DNA from: an uncultured virus (IMG/VR IMGVR_UViG_3300013004_000031)
Lineage: Duplodnaviria > Heunggongvirae > Uroviricota > Caudoviricetes
Direction: 5' to 3' (one strand)
Virus record (IMG/VR): IMGVR_UViG_3300013004_000031
Coordinates: 62,001-121,814 of that record
DNA length: 59,814 nt
A program made the translations under genes and the position numbers. The notes under the pieces were generated by a model. That model did not search any database. It saw only the letters and a list, made by a program, of their open reading frames with translations, and was not told the DNA's origin. Positions 1 to 9,605 of the stretch are shown piece by piece. Positions within the stretch are counted from its first letter, which is position 1. Each line of letters opens with the position of its first letter.

Positions 1-1
1 G

Positions 2-154
2 GAAACCATCAAGGAAGAAGCTGTTCAAAACCGCAAGCACAAGCCCGATTTCGTAAAAGAACAAAAAATTGTTACTGAAAAGGTAAATAATAATACGGAT
101 GAAGAATCTGATCCTTATCTGGATGTTTTGAAACAACAAACATTCCGTAGGTAA
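2..154 (+). CDS. 3' end of probable prohead core scaffold protein (gp22-like), partial
   Basis: Open frame to TAA at 152-154, acidic/helical C-terminus (DEESDPYLDVL), directly upstream of the major capsid gene as in T4-like phages. Confidence 0.55.
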   Translation, partial: ETIKEEAVQNRKHKPDFVKEQKIVTEKVNNNTDEESDPYLDVLKQQTFRR

Positions 155-217
155 AAAATTTCCAACCCGCACTATGAGGAAGCAATTCCTGAACAATGTG
201 AATAGAAAGTCAAATAT

Positions 218-1684
218 ATGAATAATCTACCATCTACTGATATCCAAGGCTCCAAGATGCAACAAGCAGTTGCCAAGTGGCGTAAGGTTCTCGATTATAG
301 CTCGGACTCGATCCCAGCTATTCGGAACGAACACGTTTACAAGACCACTGCAATGCTCCTTGAGAACCAAGAACAGTGGTGCTACCAAGAATCGAATACT
401 GCTGCCTCCGGTGGTGTGTTCGGTGCAACGACTTCCATTGGCAACGGTATCGCTAACAGCGACTCCTATGCTACTGGTGATGCTCGTCTGCCAAAGATTC
501 TGATTCCTATGATTCGACGCACTTTCCCTGAATTGATTTCCAATGAGATCGTAGGCGTTCAGCCTATGGGTGGTCCTGTTGGTCTTGCTTTCGCTCTTCG
601 TTACGCCTATCAAGGTGATACTCTGAGCGATAGTAGCATCGACGGCAAGACCTCTGGAGGTGGAACTGGTTCTAGCTTCGGTAATCAGCTTAAAGCTGCT
701 TACGATGGTAGTACTGGTCTTCCAGACACCGAACTTGGTTATCAACTTCTGGACACACGTTTCACTGGCACATCTGCTGGATTCCTTTCGGGTAACACCG
801 AACACTGGACATTCGCAGATCAAGACCGTGGTATTGCTGAACTTTTGAGCAACTACGAATTGACGGGTAAAATCCCTCAAATCGAACTCAAGTTTGAAAA
901 GACCGCTGTTGAGGCCGGAACACGTAGATTAGCTACCCGCTGGTCGGTTGAGTTGGAACAAGACATCAAAAACATGAACGGTATCGATATCGATGGAGAA
1001 CTTACGAATGCAATGTCGTATGAAATCCAAGCCGAAATCGACCGCGAAGTTGTGATGCGTATGATCCAAACTGCCTTCAATGCTGGTGCTGGCGCAGGTT
1101 TCTCCATCTGGAGTCCTGTTAGTGCGGATGGACGTTGGACTGCTGAACGGAATCTTACCTTCTATCAACGCCTTATTATCGAAAGTGGTCGTATGGCTGC
1201 TCGTAACCGTAGAGGTGCCGCTAACTTTGTTATCGCCACTCCTCGTGTTTGCAGCATCCTCGAAATGCTTCCTGACTTTAAGGTTTACGAAATCAATGGC
1301 ACAGTCTCGACTGCTGGTGTTGGTATCGCAAAAGTTGGTACTGTTGGTAGCCGCTGGACGGTTTATCGTGATACTCGGACTGAAGTTCAGAATTCCTCGC
1401 TCTATAGCCCTAACTACTACTCTGGTCAAACCAGTGGTGTGGAATATGCGCTGTTGGGTTACAAGGGTTCTGAATACTATGATACTGGTCTGATATACTG
1501 TCCGTATATCCCGATCATGGTGCAAAGAACGATTGGACCAAATGATTTCGCTCCTCGTGTGGGTCTTATGACTCGTTACGGGATTGTGAACAACATTTTT
1601 GGTGCATCGCTCTATTACCACCTTATCATCGTAAAGGGTCTTGGTACTGCGTTTACACCGGGGTCGGTTTCAACCTACCTCTAA
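218..1684 (+). CDS. Major capsid protein (T4 gp23-like)
   Basis: LLENQE, LIPMIRRTFP, VGVQPMGGP, EIQAEIDRE, YCPYIP and GLMTRYG motifs of gp23. Confidence 0.97.
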   Translation: MNNLPSTDIQGSKMQQAVAKWRKVLDYSSDSIPAIRNEHVYKTTAMLLENQEQWCYQESNTAASGGVFGATTSIGNGIANSDSYATGDARLPKILIPMIRRTFPELISNEIVGVQPMGGPVGLAFALRYAYQGDTLSDSSIDGKTSGGGTGSSFGNQLKAAYDGSTGLPDTELGYQLLDTRFTGTSAGFLSGNTEHWTFADQDRGIAELLSNYELTGKIPQIELKFEKTAVEAGTRRLATRWSVELEQDIKNMNGIDIDGELTNAMSYEIQAEIDREVVMRMIQTAFNAGAGAGFSIWSPVSADGRWTAERNLTFYQRLIIESGRMAARNRRGAANFVIATPRVCSILEMLPDFKVYEINGTVSTAGVGIAKVGTVGSRWTVYRDTRTEVQNSSLYSPNYYSGQTSGVEYALLGYKGSEYYDTGLIYCPYIPIMVQRTIGPNDFAPRVGLMTRYGIVNNIFGASLYYHLIIVKGLGTAFTPGSVSTYL

Positions 1685-1695
1685 GTCGTTAATAC

Positions 1696-2487
1696 TCAAG
1701 CAGTTACGCAAATCAAATCTGAAACCCAAGGTGCCGAAGACCCTTGGGTTTCCTCGTTTTTATAGGTATCGAATGTTCTTATCTCTGAAATATATTTTAT
1801 AACCGTCTTAACTGGAAATGGGTGTTTTGTAAGTTTGGTTCTCTTCTTGAAGACATATTCGCCGTTTGTTCTGATGCGCGAGAATACATGATCTTCTGTT
1901 TTATATTCAGTTAGAAAATCTCTGAGTGTTTTACTCTCAACGACAGACTTGCCATCGGGATATGATATCTCATACGTGACAATACCGAATCCATTATCTA
2001 GCATGAATTGTCTCTTTTTAATTTCCTTATCAGATTTACCCTCTTTAGATTTTCTTAAATCCATCGTAGCTTTCCTTTTCTTTAAGGATTCTTTCCATTT
2101 ATCATAATGTTCGGGGTCTTTATATTTTTCTTTAAGACCACTGCTTATTTTAGAATACACTTCATCCAATTCATTTTCATCCATGTATTCAGTGTAATAA
2201 CCCCCCCTACCACCCTTTTGAATATTGTAACAATTACTCTTACCGAATTTGTGGTGTAGCCTTCTGATTAACTTGATTTCCAATCTATTCAAGTCTTCTG
2301 GTGTAGTTATCTTTAAATTAAACCACCTAGTTTCAAAATTTTCTTTTCCATATTTGACCATAGCTTGGCGCAATCTATAACCAGAACCCATATATCTAGT
2401 TTTTGGATACCAATAATGTTTTCCCCCATAAACCTTGCCATTGATTTTGTTGATAGTGACGTATAATTTGAATTGTTTTCTGTTCAT
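1696..2487 (-). CDS. GIY-YIG (Seg-like) homing endonuclease
   Basis: LYVTINKINGKVYGGKH...YMGSG...E...YN; ATG 2487 is 5 nt after TAAGTA. Confidence 0.85.
   Translation of the reverse strand: MNRKQFKLYVTINKINGKVYGGKHYWYPKTRYMGSGYRLRQAMVKYGKENFETRWFNLKITTPEDLNRLEIKLIRRLHHKFGKSNCYNIQKGGRGGYYTEYMDENELDEVYSKISSGLKEKYKDPEHYDKWKESLKKRKATMDLRKSKEGKSDKEIKKRQFMLDNGFGIVTYEISYPDGKSVVESKTLRDFLTEYKTEDHVFSRIRTNGEYVFKKRTKLTKHPFPVKTVIKYISEIRTFDTYKNEETQGSSAPWVSDLICVTA
1721..1761 (+). terminator. Intrinsic terminator after the capsid gene
   Basis: GAAACCCAAGG...CCTTGGGTTTC hairpin followed by a T-run. Confidence 0.7.
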
Positions 2488-2511
2488 GGTAATACTTAAT
2501 ACCGGAATCAA

Positions 2512-3966
2512 TTATTGCAATGATTTCCTCCACACAAATTTATAATTACCACAATCATATATCTTATAAAAACCATTCATCTTCATATTATCCCCTTCAC
2601 TCAACGACTCATCAAAGATTGGTAACTTATCTTCGAGCTTATGTTTCTGGAACTGATGGCGAGAATATCTAATACCTTCTCGCTTATTAAAATAATAATA
2701 ATTCACCGCATCATTTTGAATCTCTTTCATACCAACACTACGGTATATATTACCAATTGAATATCGCTTATCTGCGTAAGATACTATGGAATTTGGATTA
2801 TAAGTTCTGATGAAGTGTTTGAACAACTTCTGAAATCCACCGACTATCGAAGTGTTCAATACGTTGGCGAAACGAATAAGCTCCCATTCCACATTCTTAT
2901 CGAATCTACTTTTACCAAATGTTAATATGGATACCAATTGGTTATTGTAATAGAGTCCTAGCGAAATTGAACAATTGGAATATCCTTGTAGATGGTTGTC
3001 GTTTAGAAAATGTCTTGTATTGAAATTGTCAACCATTCTTATTTCACATTTTCTAGCATGGATTTTATTGGGAACTTTCCCGAAATTATATCTAATAATG
3101 GATTTCCAAATCTCCTGTTTGTTCCGCCATTCATCCTCAAATATGTGAAACAGACGAATACCAGATTCCAGACACTTATTTGTCTTGTATAAATGATAAT
3201 GTTTGTCCTTACCTTCTTCTTCTGAATGACAAAATAACCCGTTCATCTCAATTGCAATATTGTGTTTTGGGGATAGGACATCCAATTCTTTTTTATCTAA
3301 AATTTGTTTATCGTTTCTAATAATGTCGGTATCCAATTCAGACTCCACAAATTCTCTAAGTTCTTCTTCAATCTTAGATAGATTCTCAGCACATACTGGA
3401 CATCTTGTTTTAGAGTGAAGAAGATTATCCGGTCTAACCAACCATTCTCCATGCAATTCACACACAGCTTTAATATGTGTTTTATTGTTTGTGTATTCCT
3501 GATTGGGAATTTGATATGATGTTAATTCCCTGATCCTTTCAATCGTCAATCTTTTCTTTCCCGAACATTCGGAACAACCATATTGTCTTGCCAACAAGTG
3601 CTTGGGAGTGATTTGAAATTCTCCGTGTTTGGGACATGCGATAATTCCTTTGGTGGTGTTGTTCTTATATATGAATTTAGAAAAATCATATTCCTGAAAT
3701 TTCGAATATTTTTCTTTCAATTCTTCCATGAATTGTTCTTGGGTTCTTCGTTTGAATCCCCCTCTTGGGACACCCGCGCAATCAGGACAACCAGAACCTT
3801 GTAAATGATGTTGCTTGGAAGTTAGAAATTGACCATGATCTTTACAAATCACAATCCCTTTATCATTCTTTTTACCGGGATAAATAAACATCGAATAATC
3901 ATATCTATCCCCATGCTTCTCCTTGAAAAGTTTGATCACTTCATCTGTTGAGTATTTTTTAGCCAT
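2512..3966 (-). CDS. Putative homing endonuclease with zinc-ribbon repeats and a PD-(D/E)XK/Vsr-like (Hef-like) domain
   Basis: Three CxxHG...CxxC repeats; ELDVLSPKHNIAIEMNGLFCH; ATG 3966 is 5 nt after TAAGTA. Confidence 0.75.
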   Translation of the reverse strand: MAKKYSTDEVIKLFKEKHGDRYDYSMFIYPGKKNDKGIVICKDHGQFLTSKQHHLQGSGCPDCAGVPRGGFKRRTQEQFMEELKEKYSKFQEYDFSKFIYKNNTTKGIIACPKHGEFQITPKHLLARQYGCSECSGKKRLTIERIRELTSYQIPNQEYTNNKTHIKAVCELHGEWLVRPDNLLHSKTRCPVCAENLSKIEEELREFVESELDTDIIRNDKQILDKKELDVLSPKHNIAIEMNGLFCHSEEEGKDKHYHLYKTNKCLESGIRLFHIFEDEWRNKQEIWKSIIRYNFGKVPNKIHARKCEIRMVDNFNTRHFLNDNHLQGYSNCSISLGLYYNNQLVSILTFGKSRFDKNVEWELIRFANVLNTSIVGGFQKLFKHFIRTYNPNSIVSYADKRYSIGNIYRSVGMKEIQNDAVNYYYFNKREGIRYSRHQFQKHKLEDKLPIFDESLSEGDNMKMNGFYKIYDCGNYKFVWRKSLQ

Positions 3967-4049
3967 ACTATTACTTAACAGACTATCAGACCAAAAACAG
4001 ATTTCAATAAAAATATTTGACAAATTTAAAAATTGTGTTAAATTAATAC

Positions 4050-4484
4050 ATGACAGTATCAGAAACCGCAATCCAAAAAGCTTACGAGTTGGCAGAAATA
4101 GACGCTTTTTACGTTGAACGACCATATTCAAAAGAAACAGTTGAAAACCGTTTGAACTTGTTGGATTGGTTTAGGGGATGGTTTGATAAAAACGAAGAGG
4201 GTGATATTTATTGGGATAGCGGACGAAATTGGCTGTGCGAAGAAATCGAGGCATATTATAATGATAAAATTTTTGATTTAAAATATTCAAATGTGGCGAA
4301 GACACCGTTGGTAGTTAAATGGATTAAAATTCTATCATTACCAAGATTCAATCTTCCACAATCCGCATATCATGAGGTTGCAGAAGATTTGGAAAAAATC
4401 GAGCTTGATAATATTGAAGCTGGAAAGGATACCGTGTCTTCCAAACTCATAGAATACTTTGAAAATAATTACCCAAATTACTAA
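4050..4484 (+). CDS. Hypothetical protein
   Basis: 144-aa ORF; TTGACA-16-TAAATT promoter 5 nt upstream. Confidence 0.75.
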   Translation: MTVSETAIQKAYELAEIDAFYVERPYSKETVENRLNLLDWFRGWFDKNEEGDIYWDSGRNWLCEEIEAYYNDKIFDLKYSNVAKTPLVVKWIKILSLPRFNLPQSAYHEVAEDLEKIELDNIEAGKDTVSSKLIEYFENNYPNY

Positions 4485-4492
4485 ATAATACT

Positions 4493-4945
4493 ATGAGCCT
4501 ATACACGTTCCAAACCGTCCTCCTTTCCGCTGAAAAAACCGGAACCCCGAACCTTACGAACACTTCCCTATCTGCCACGGGTGTCACCTATCTCTCTGGG
4601 GCAGACGTTGTGGTTACAAGTCGCCAAGTTGGAGTCGTATCCCTTTCCACCACCGATGTAGGACTCGCTTTCTCCCCCGTGAATTTTTCTGTGGGTAGCA
4701 CCGTTCACACCGCATCAGCATTCTCCCTTGCAACCTTTCCAAACGTCACGGTGAATGTTCTGGGATCGGTGTTCAACATCCCGTCTTCCCTCCACCTCAC
4801 CGATATGGCAGTTGTCAACACCGACAATTCCTATTCGGTTTTCCCGTTCCTCAGTTCGGTTACTACCGTTCCCGTATCAGCGTTCTCTGAGACGTTCTCG
4901 GTGTCCACGGCTGATACGCGCAGGAAAAGGTTGCTTGGATATTAA
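4493..4945 (+). CDS. Ser/Thr/Val-rich late protein, probably virion-associated
   Basis: TAAATA-N5-ATG; beta-rich composition; followed by a terminator. Confidence 0.65.
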   Translation: MSLYTFQTVLLSAEKTGTPNLTNTSLSATGVTYLSGADVVVTSRQVGVVSLSTTDVGLAFSPVNFSVGSTVHTASAFSLATFPNVTVNVLGSVFNIPSSLHLTDMAVVNTDNSYSVFPFLSSVTTVPVSAFSETFSVSTADTRRKRLLGY

Positions 4946-4972
4946 AAAACGGACGGAAAGTGTCCGTTTTTG
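4945..4972 (+). terminator. Intrinsic, possibly bidirectional terminator
   Basis: AAAAACGGAC-loop-GTCCGTTTTT. Confidence 0.75.
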
Positions 4973-4986
4973 TATTTTTCAGCACC

Positions 4987-5020
4987 TTGACATCCTTTCT
5001 TGGAATGGTAAGATGCTCCC
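4987..5020 (+). promoter_or_regulatory. Sigma70-type promoter, leaderless (others at 4017, 7207, 26702, 38314 on + and 37373 on -)
   Basis: TTGACA-16 nt-TAAGAT-6 nt-ATG. Confidence 0.75.
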
Positions 5021-5791
5021 ATGAGTAATTGCTACGTGCATCCAATTGGTGGTTTGGGAAACCAGCTATTCATTATTGCTGCGGGATACGCCTATGCCAA
5101 AAAGCATGACAAGAATTTGATAATCGTTCCCGATAATTGGAATGCTGGTCAAGGTAATAGCGTCTTATCGTATAAAGATAATATCTTTCGCAATTTTGAA
5201 TATGGTTCTCCACCAGTTACTAGAGATGTGATTTCTCTTCACGAGAAGAGATTCAATTACGATGAATTACCTTTTCATCATGGAAGTGTTTCTCTTCATG
5301 GATATTTCCAATCCCTCAAATATTTTGAGGAATTTAAGGATGAATTTATATCGTTATTGGACTTTGGGGATAGTAATTCAACTCCCAGTATTTATCCCAT
5401 AATCAGAGTGGCGTTCCATGTAAGAAGGGGGGATTATTTGATATATCCAAATATTCATTATGTCTGTAAGACAGAATATTTCGATTATTTCCTCAACATT
5501 TTTGCCCCCGAAATGGTAAAAGGAACCAAAATTTATATGTTCACGGATTCTCCTGAACACGTTACAAAAGAATTTAATATGTTCAATTACACTTTGATTG
5601 AAACCGATTCTGATGTGAAAGAGCTTGCCATGATGAGTAAATGTGATATTATAGTGGGAAGCAATTCCACGTTCTCTTGGTGGGCATCCTTAATTGGGGG
5701 AAAGACTTGTTACTTTCCATCCAAATGGTTTGCTGATGGTGGAGAACATGGAGACATTTACAGAGAGGATATGATACTACACGATGTTTAA
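5021..5791 (+). CDS. Glycosyltransferase family 11 (alpha-1,2-fucosyltransferase-like)
   Basis: GGLGNQLF, HVRRGDY and NSTFSWW motifs. Confidence 0.9.
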   Translation: MSNCYVHPIGGLGNQLFIIAAGYAYAKKHDKNLIIVPDNWNAGQGNSVLSYKDNIFRNFEYGSPPVTRDVISLHEKRFNYDELPFHHGSVSLHGYFQSLKYFEEFKDEFISLLDFGDSNSTPSIYPIIRVAFHVRRGDYLIYPNIHYVCKTEYFDYFLNIFAPEMVKGTKIYMFTDSPEHVTKEFNMFNYTLIETDSDVKELAMMSKCDIIVGSNSTFSWWASLIGGKTCYFPSKWFADGGEHGDIYREDMILHDV

Positions 5792-6059
5792 CACCATAAA
5801 TCATATTATCTTTGATAAGAAAGGAGAGATGACCAACGAATTGTTGGAAGAGTTCTCCCCTTACATGGTGACACGTTATCTGAGTTTCTATGATGACGAT
5901 CTGTTGAATTATGCCAATGAGACGGTAAATAAGTATAGTCAGATTTTTGAGACTGATGAAGAACAATTTCGTTTCTTTCAGAACTTGATACCCAAGTTGA
6001 AACGGAAAAGAATTAATTATATTTCTAAAAAACGCTTGCCTTCCAAAAAAGATGAATAA
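5784..6059 (+). CDS. Probable clamp loader small subunit (gp62-like)
   Basis: FSPYMVTRYLS...YANE...QFRFF...KRKR pattern seen in gp62 of T4-like phages. Confidence 0.6.
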   Translation: MFNTINHIIFDKKGEMTNELLEEFSPYMVTRYLSFYDDDLLNYANETVNKYSQIFETDEEQFRFFQNLIPKLKRKRINYISKKRLPSKKDE

Positions 6060-6067
6060 ATATTCTC

Positions 6068-6493
6068 ATGACAGTAAGCATTGATAAGTTAGCACCCCAA
6101 AAATCCCACATTGATCTAAATGATCCCAACCTTCCCACAGACTTCGGTATGGATGATTATATCCTCTCCCGCCTGATGGATGATGTGATGCTTGTGGAAT
6201 ATTGTGACATTGCCCAAGGAACTGAACAATCGGGCGATTTTGTCCAGCGTGGTAGTCTTCTGATTCCAATTGCAAATGTGGATAAGATGTGGCGCAAGGG
6301 AAAAGTGATTTTAAAAGGACCGAATGTTCTCTTCACGGAAGTTGGAGAGATTGTGGTGTTTCCCAGCGGAATGGGAAGTGGTGTGAGTAATCTGGAAGTT
6401 AAAGGCTACGGAAAAGTGAAGAACGGACTGTTCTTGAATGAGCAACGCATGTTTGGCGTTTGTGAGATAAATGAGACTAATAAAACGGACTGA
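6068..6493 (+). CDS. GroES-like co-chaperonin (gp31-like)
   Basis: GSLLIP...GKVILKGP...VGEIVVF cpn10 pattern; TAAATA-N5-ATG. Confidence 0.75.
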   Translation: MTVSIDKLAPQKSHIDLNDPNLPTDFGMDDYILSRLMDDVMLVEYCDIAQGTEQSGDFVQRGSLLIPIANVDKMWRKGKVILKGPNVLFTEVGEIVVFPSGMGSGVSNLEVKGYGKVKNGLFLNEQRMFGVCEINETNKTD

Positions 6494-6884
6494 GTTACAG
6501 CGTTTGCTGAAAAGCAATATCTGTGATCTGATGATCGTCCGTAGAAGACCGGAACGCGCCCCCGGAAGACCGGAGATTCGCCAGATGCTATGCACCAATA
6601 GCAACGAGATTCTACGATCCGAAAACGGATTGAGAACCCTCCAGTATCAAGGTTCTCTGGAACCCAAGAAAATCAACGAACGTAAACATAATATCGTGGT
6701 AGCATGGGATATTTTCATGCAATCATATAGAAATATATCAATGGATATGTGCTACCTCGTTCAACAAATGCCAGCAGATGATACGTTCTGGCCGTTCTTT
6801 AATGAAAAAATATTTCCCATGAGTCCCAACGAAAAGATGCGATACATGGATATTGAATTGAACCTTGACCCCTTTCCAAAATGA
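6471..6884 (+). CDS. Hypothetical protein (possibly SH3-like/WYL_2 fold)
   Basis: RQMLCTN...VVAWDIFMQSYRNI pattern. Confidence 0.6.
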   Translation: MRLIKRTELQRLLKSNICDLMIVRRRPERAPGRPEIRQMLCTNSNEILRSENGLRTLQYQGSLEPKKINERKHNIVVAWDIFMQSYRNISMDMCYLVQQMPADDTFWPFFNEKIFPMSPNEKMRYMDIELNLDPFPK

Positions 6885-7210
6885 TTAAAATTGAAGAACA
6901 TCTTAAACAATTGATTTTCCGTGAAGTGAAATTTGTGTTAAACTCCCGAACCATCAGGGAGGGTAAAATACAAATGTTCAACACCAAGCAGAATTTCGTA
7001 AAATTCAAAATCGAAGAAGGAGGGGAAGTCAAGGAATGGGAAATCTCCTATCCTTATGACATCAAGCTCACGGAGGGGGGATTTATTTTCGATTATGCCC
7101 TGAGTGCGTTTTGTCCCCGAACGGAAGAGGTGTATTGGAAAATGCGGATGCTGAACAAATCGGAAGCTTCAAAATTCTTCGATAATCATCTCTACGTGAT
7201 CACGGGTTGA
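6881..7210 (+). CDS. Hypothetical protein
   Basis: 109-aa ORF overlapping the upstream stop (ATGA). Confidence 0.7.
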   Translation: MIKIEEHLKQLIFREVKFVLNSRTIREGKIQMFNTKQNFVKFKIEEGGEVKEWEISYPYDIKLTEGGFIFDYALSAFCPRTEEVYWKMRMLNKSEASKFFDNHLYVITG

Positions 7211-7240
7211 CATTCGTTGTTGGTGGGGTATCATACCCAT

Positions 7241-7789
7241 ATGAAACAGAGGGATATAGAAAATATCCAAAGGATTTTGATGAATGAAAGTCCTTGGAAT
7301 TATGGGGTAATGGACGATGATTTTGAAGAACACATGTCCAATTTTTCCGTTGAAAAGGTTCAACAAATGAAATTTGTAACTGAGTGGAATACCATGAATG
7401 TTTACTATCAGACTGAATTTGAATATGGGGAATATTACATTTTAAAAAATAATGAATTGGTCGCTTTTTATAGGTTTGATCCAAAGTCTAATTACATCCA
7501 AACGGAAATAACTTGGAATAAGCGAGGAAACAAAGGAGTTCTTAGAAAATTTTTGGCTGAATATATTATTCCTAAATATGGGATGGTTGAAAGTGGTAAC
7601 AAATTATCAACGAACGCATTTAGTATGTGGGAGAATATGTATGTGGAGTATCCACAGTATGATTATCTAGTGAAATATAAAAACGGAGAAACAAAAACAA
7701 TAACACACCACACACAATTCGTGTTGTATAGCAGTTCATCTTTTAATGATGACCTTGCTTTCACAACATTTATAGTAAAAGAAAAATGA
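7241..7789 (+). CDS. Hypothetical protein
   Basis: TTGACA-16-TATCAT-6-ATG places the start at 7241. Confidence 0.7.
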   Translation: MKQRDIENIQRILMNESPWNYGVMDDDFEEHMSNFSVEKVQQMKFVTEWNTMNVYYQTEFEYGEYYILKNNELVAFYRFDPKSNYIQTEITWNKRGNKGVLRKFLAEYIIPKYGMVESGNKLSTNAFSMWENMYVEYPQYDYLVKYKNGETKTITHHTQFVLYSSSSFNDDLAFTTFIVKEK

Positions 7790-7980
7790 ATATGATAGCA
7801 ATAGAATATCCAGATAAACCGACTGAAAAATACAGGGGTGGTGAAATATTCCAATACAGGGAATTCAATGGAATATACCAAGTCCATTCCAAGGGACGAC
7901 AACATTGGGCATTGTGTGATACTCAATCCATGGCTAAAGTGGTGTGTGATGCATTGGAAGAATTTTATAAAAACAAATGA
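7786..7980 (+). CDS. Hypothetical protein
   Basis: ATGA overlaps with both neighbours. Confidence 0.6.
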   Translation: MNMIAIEYPDKPTEKYRGGEIFQYREFNGIYQVHSKGRQHWALCDTQSMAKVVCDALEEFYKNK

Positions 7981-9602
7981 ATAACTTAATCTTAAACTTT
8001 CCAGAGGGATTCAATCCCCGTGACAAACAAGCCAAAGCTCTTAATGCCATTGAAAAAGCATTTGAGAATGGTAAGAAATTCGTGATCGTCCATGCCGATA
8101 CGGGTGTTGGTAAAACACATTTGGCAAAGACGCTTGGCAATGTATCCAAAGATGTTCCTGCCGAATTTGAAAGGATCGTCAGAAATTACAGCATCTTTGG
8201 GGAGGATGGAGCGGGATTGGTTTCAGATTTTGAACCTTTTGGCTGTTATGCCCTGACAATTACCAAATCCCTCCAAGACCAATATCAGATGACCTTCGAT
8301 GATACGGGACTGTTAAAAGGCAAGAGCAATTACCAATGCGATGTGGATGACACACTATCGGTCGATGTCGCTCCCTGCATCTACGTGGCAAACCAGAAGA
8401 CCGAATGCTGGAAAGCAAATCGCTGCCCTTATTACAATTCCCGTAATGACATGCTGACTTCCAAATTTGCAGCCCTGAATTACAGCATGTTTTTTTCCTT
8501 ACCAAACCATCTCAAGAAGAGACAAGTGATGGTGTGTGACGAGGGATCGGAATTGGAAGAGCAATTGGTGAGTCAATTCACATGTGAGGTTGATATCCCA
8601 TTCCTGATGAAAACCCAGACTTTGGTGACACCGTTCCCCAACGATGACAAGAATAAGCCCAAGGTTCTCTCATGGATAAATTCCCTGATGGAAAAAGTCG
8701 AAACGTCTTGTGAGGATTACAAGGAATGGTTCTCTTCCAATACAGCCAAGAAAGACATCATCACGTTCAATAAAAAGAAACAGGAATATACCAAACTTCA
8801 GAATCTTTTCAATTCTTTGGGATTACTCTCTGAATCATTCTATGACAGTGATTATATAATTGAGCGGGTGGAATATGGTATCCGGTTCATTCCCCTGAAA
8901 GTGGATGTCCTGTCCAAGCACCTTTTCTCCCATGCGGAGAAGGTGGTAATCATGTCCGCAACGATCATTGATCCCGATGCATATTGCAAATCTCTGGGAA
9001 TCAAGGATTATGAATACCTTCATATTGGAACTGATTTCAATCCTGAGAAATCTCCAATTCATATTATGGCTAAACAAAAGTTGAATTTTCAAAATTTGAA
9101 ATCCATGCTTCCAACTCTGGTGAAACAGATCAAGGGGATTCTTGAACACCATGGGGATGAAAAAGGTATCATACACACTCATACCCAATACTTGACGGAT
9201 TATATTCGAGATAATGTAAAATCAGATCGTTTACTTTGTCGGGAACCGGGGGTGAATAATGAGCAGCTTTTGGAAATGCATGAGGAGTCGGAGGAACCCA
9301 CTGTTCTGGTGTCTCCCTCCATGACCTATGGTGTTGACCTGAAAGGCGATCTGGCGCGGTTCCAGATCATCCTGAAGGCACCTTGGCTACCAACCAAGGA
9401 TGTGCGGGTGGAGAAGCTGATGAAGCTTGATAAGGATTGGTATGGAAATCAGATGTTGAAGACACTGGTGCAAGCTTGTGGTCGCGGCGTTAGATCAAAA
9501 GATGATTATTGCGAAACATACATACTTGACGGGAGCATTTTTGATGCTATAAACAGGAACAAGAAGAAGCTGCCGAAGTTCTTTTTAGATAGATTTAATT
9601 AA
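7977..9602 (+). CDS. DinG/Rad3-like SF2 helicase
   Basis: Q motif PRDKQ, ADTGVGKT, Cys cluster, CDEG, MSAT, GVDL, QACGRGVR. Confidence 0.9.
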   Translation: MNNLILNFPEGFNPRDKQAKALNAIEKAFENGKKFVIVHADTGVGKTHLAKTLGNVSKDVPAEFERIVRNYSIFGEDGAGLVSDFEPFGCYALTITKSLQDQYQMTFDDTGLLKGKSNYQCDVDDTLSVDVAPCIYVANQKTECWKANRCPYYNSRNDMLTSKFAALNYSMFFSLPNHLKKRQVMVCDEGSELEEQLVSQFTCEVDIPFLMKTQTLVTPFPNDDKNKPKVLSWINSLMEKVETSCEDYKEWFSSNTAKKDIITFNKKKQEYTKLQNLFNSLGLLSESFYDSDYIIERVEYGIRFIPLKVDVLSKHLFSHAEKVVIMSATIIDPDAYCKSLGIKDYEYLHIGTDFNPEKSPIHIMAKQKLNFQNLKSMLPTLVKQIKGILEHHGDEKGIIHTHTQYLTDYIRDNVKSDRLLCREPGVNNEQLLEMHEESEEPTVLVSPSMTYGVDLKGDLARFQIILKAPWLPTKDVRVEKLMKLDKDWYGNQMLKTLVQACGRGVRSKDDYCETYILDGSIFDAINRNKKKLPKFFLDRFN

Positions 9603-9605
9603 AAA

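Noticed and set aside
227..1621. Long antisense ORFs within the capsid gene
   Set aside because: Codon-bias shadows of a highly expressed gene.
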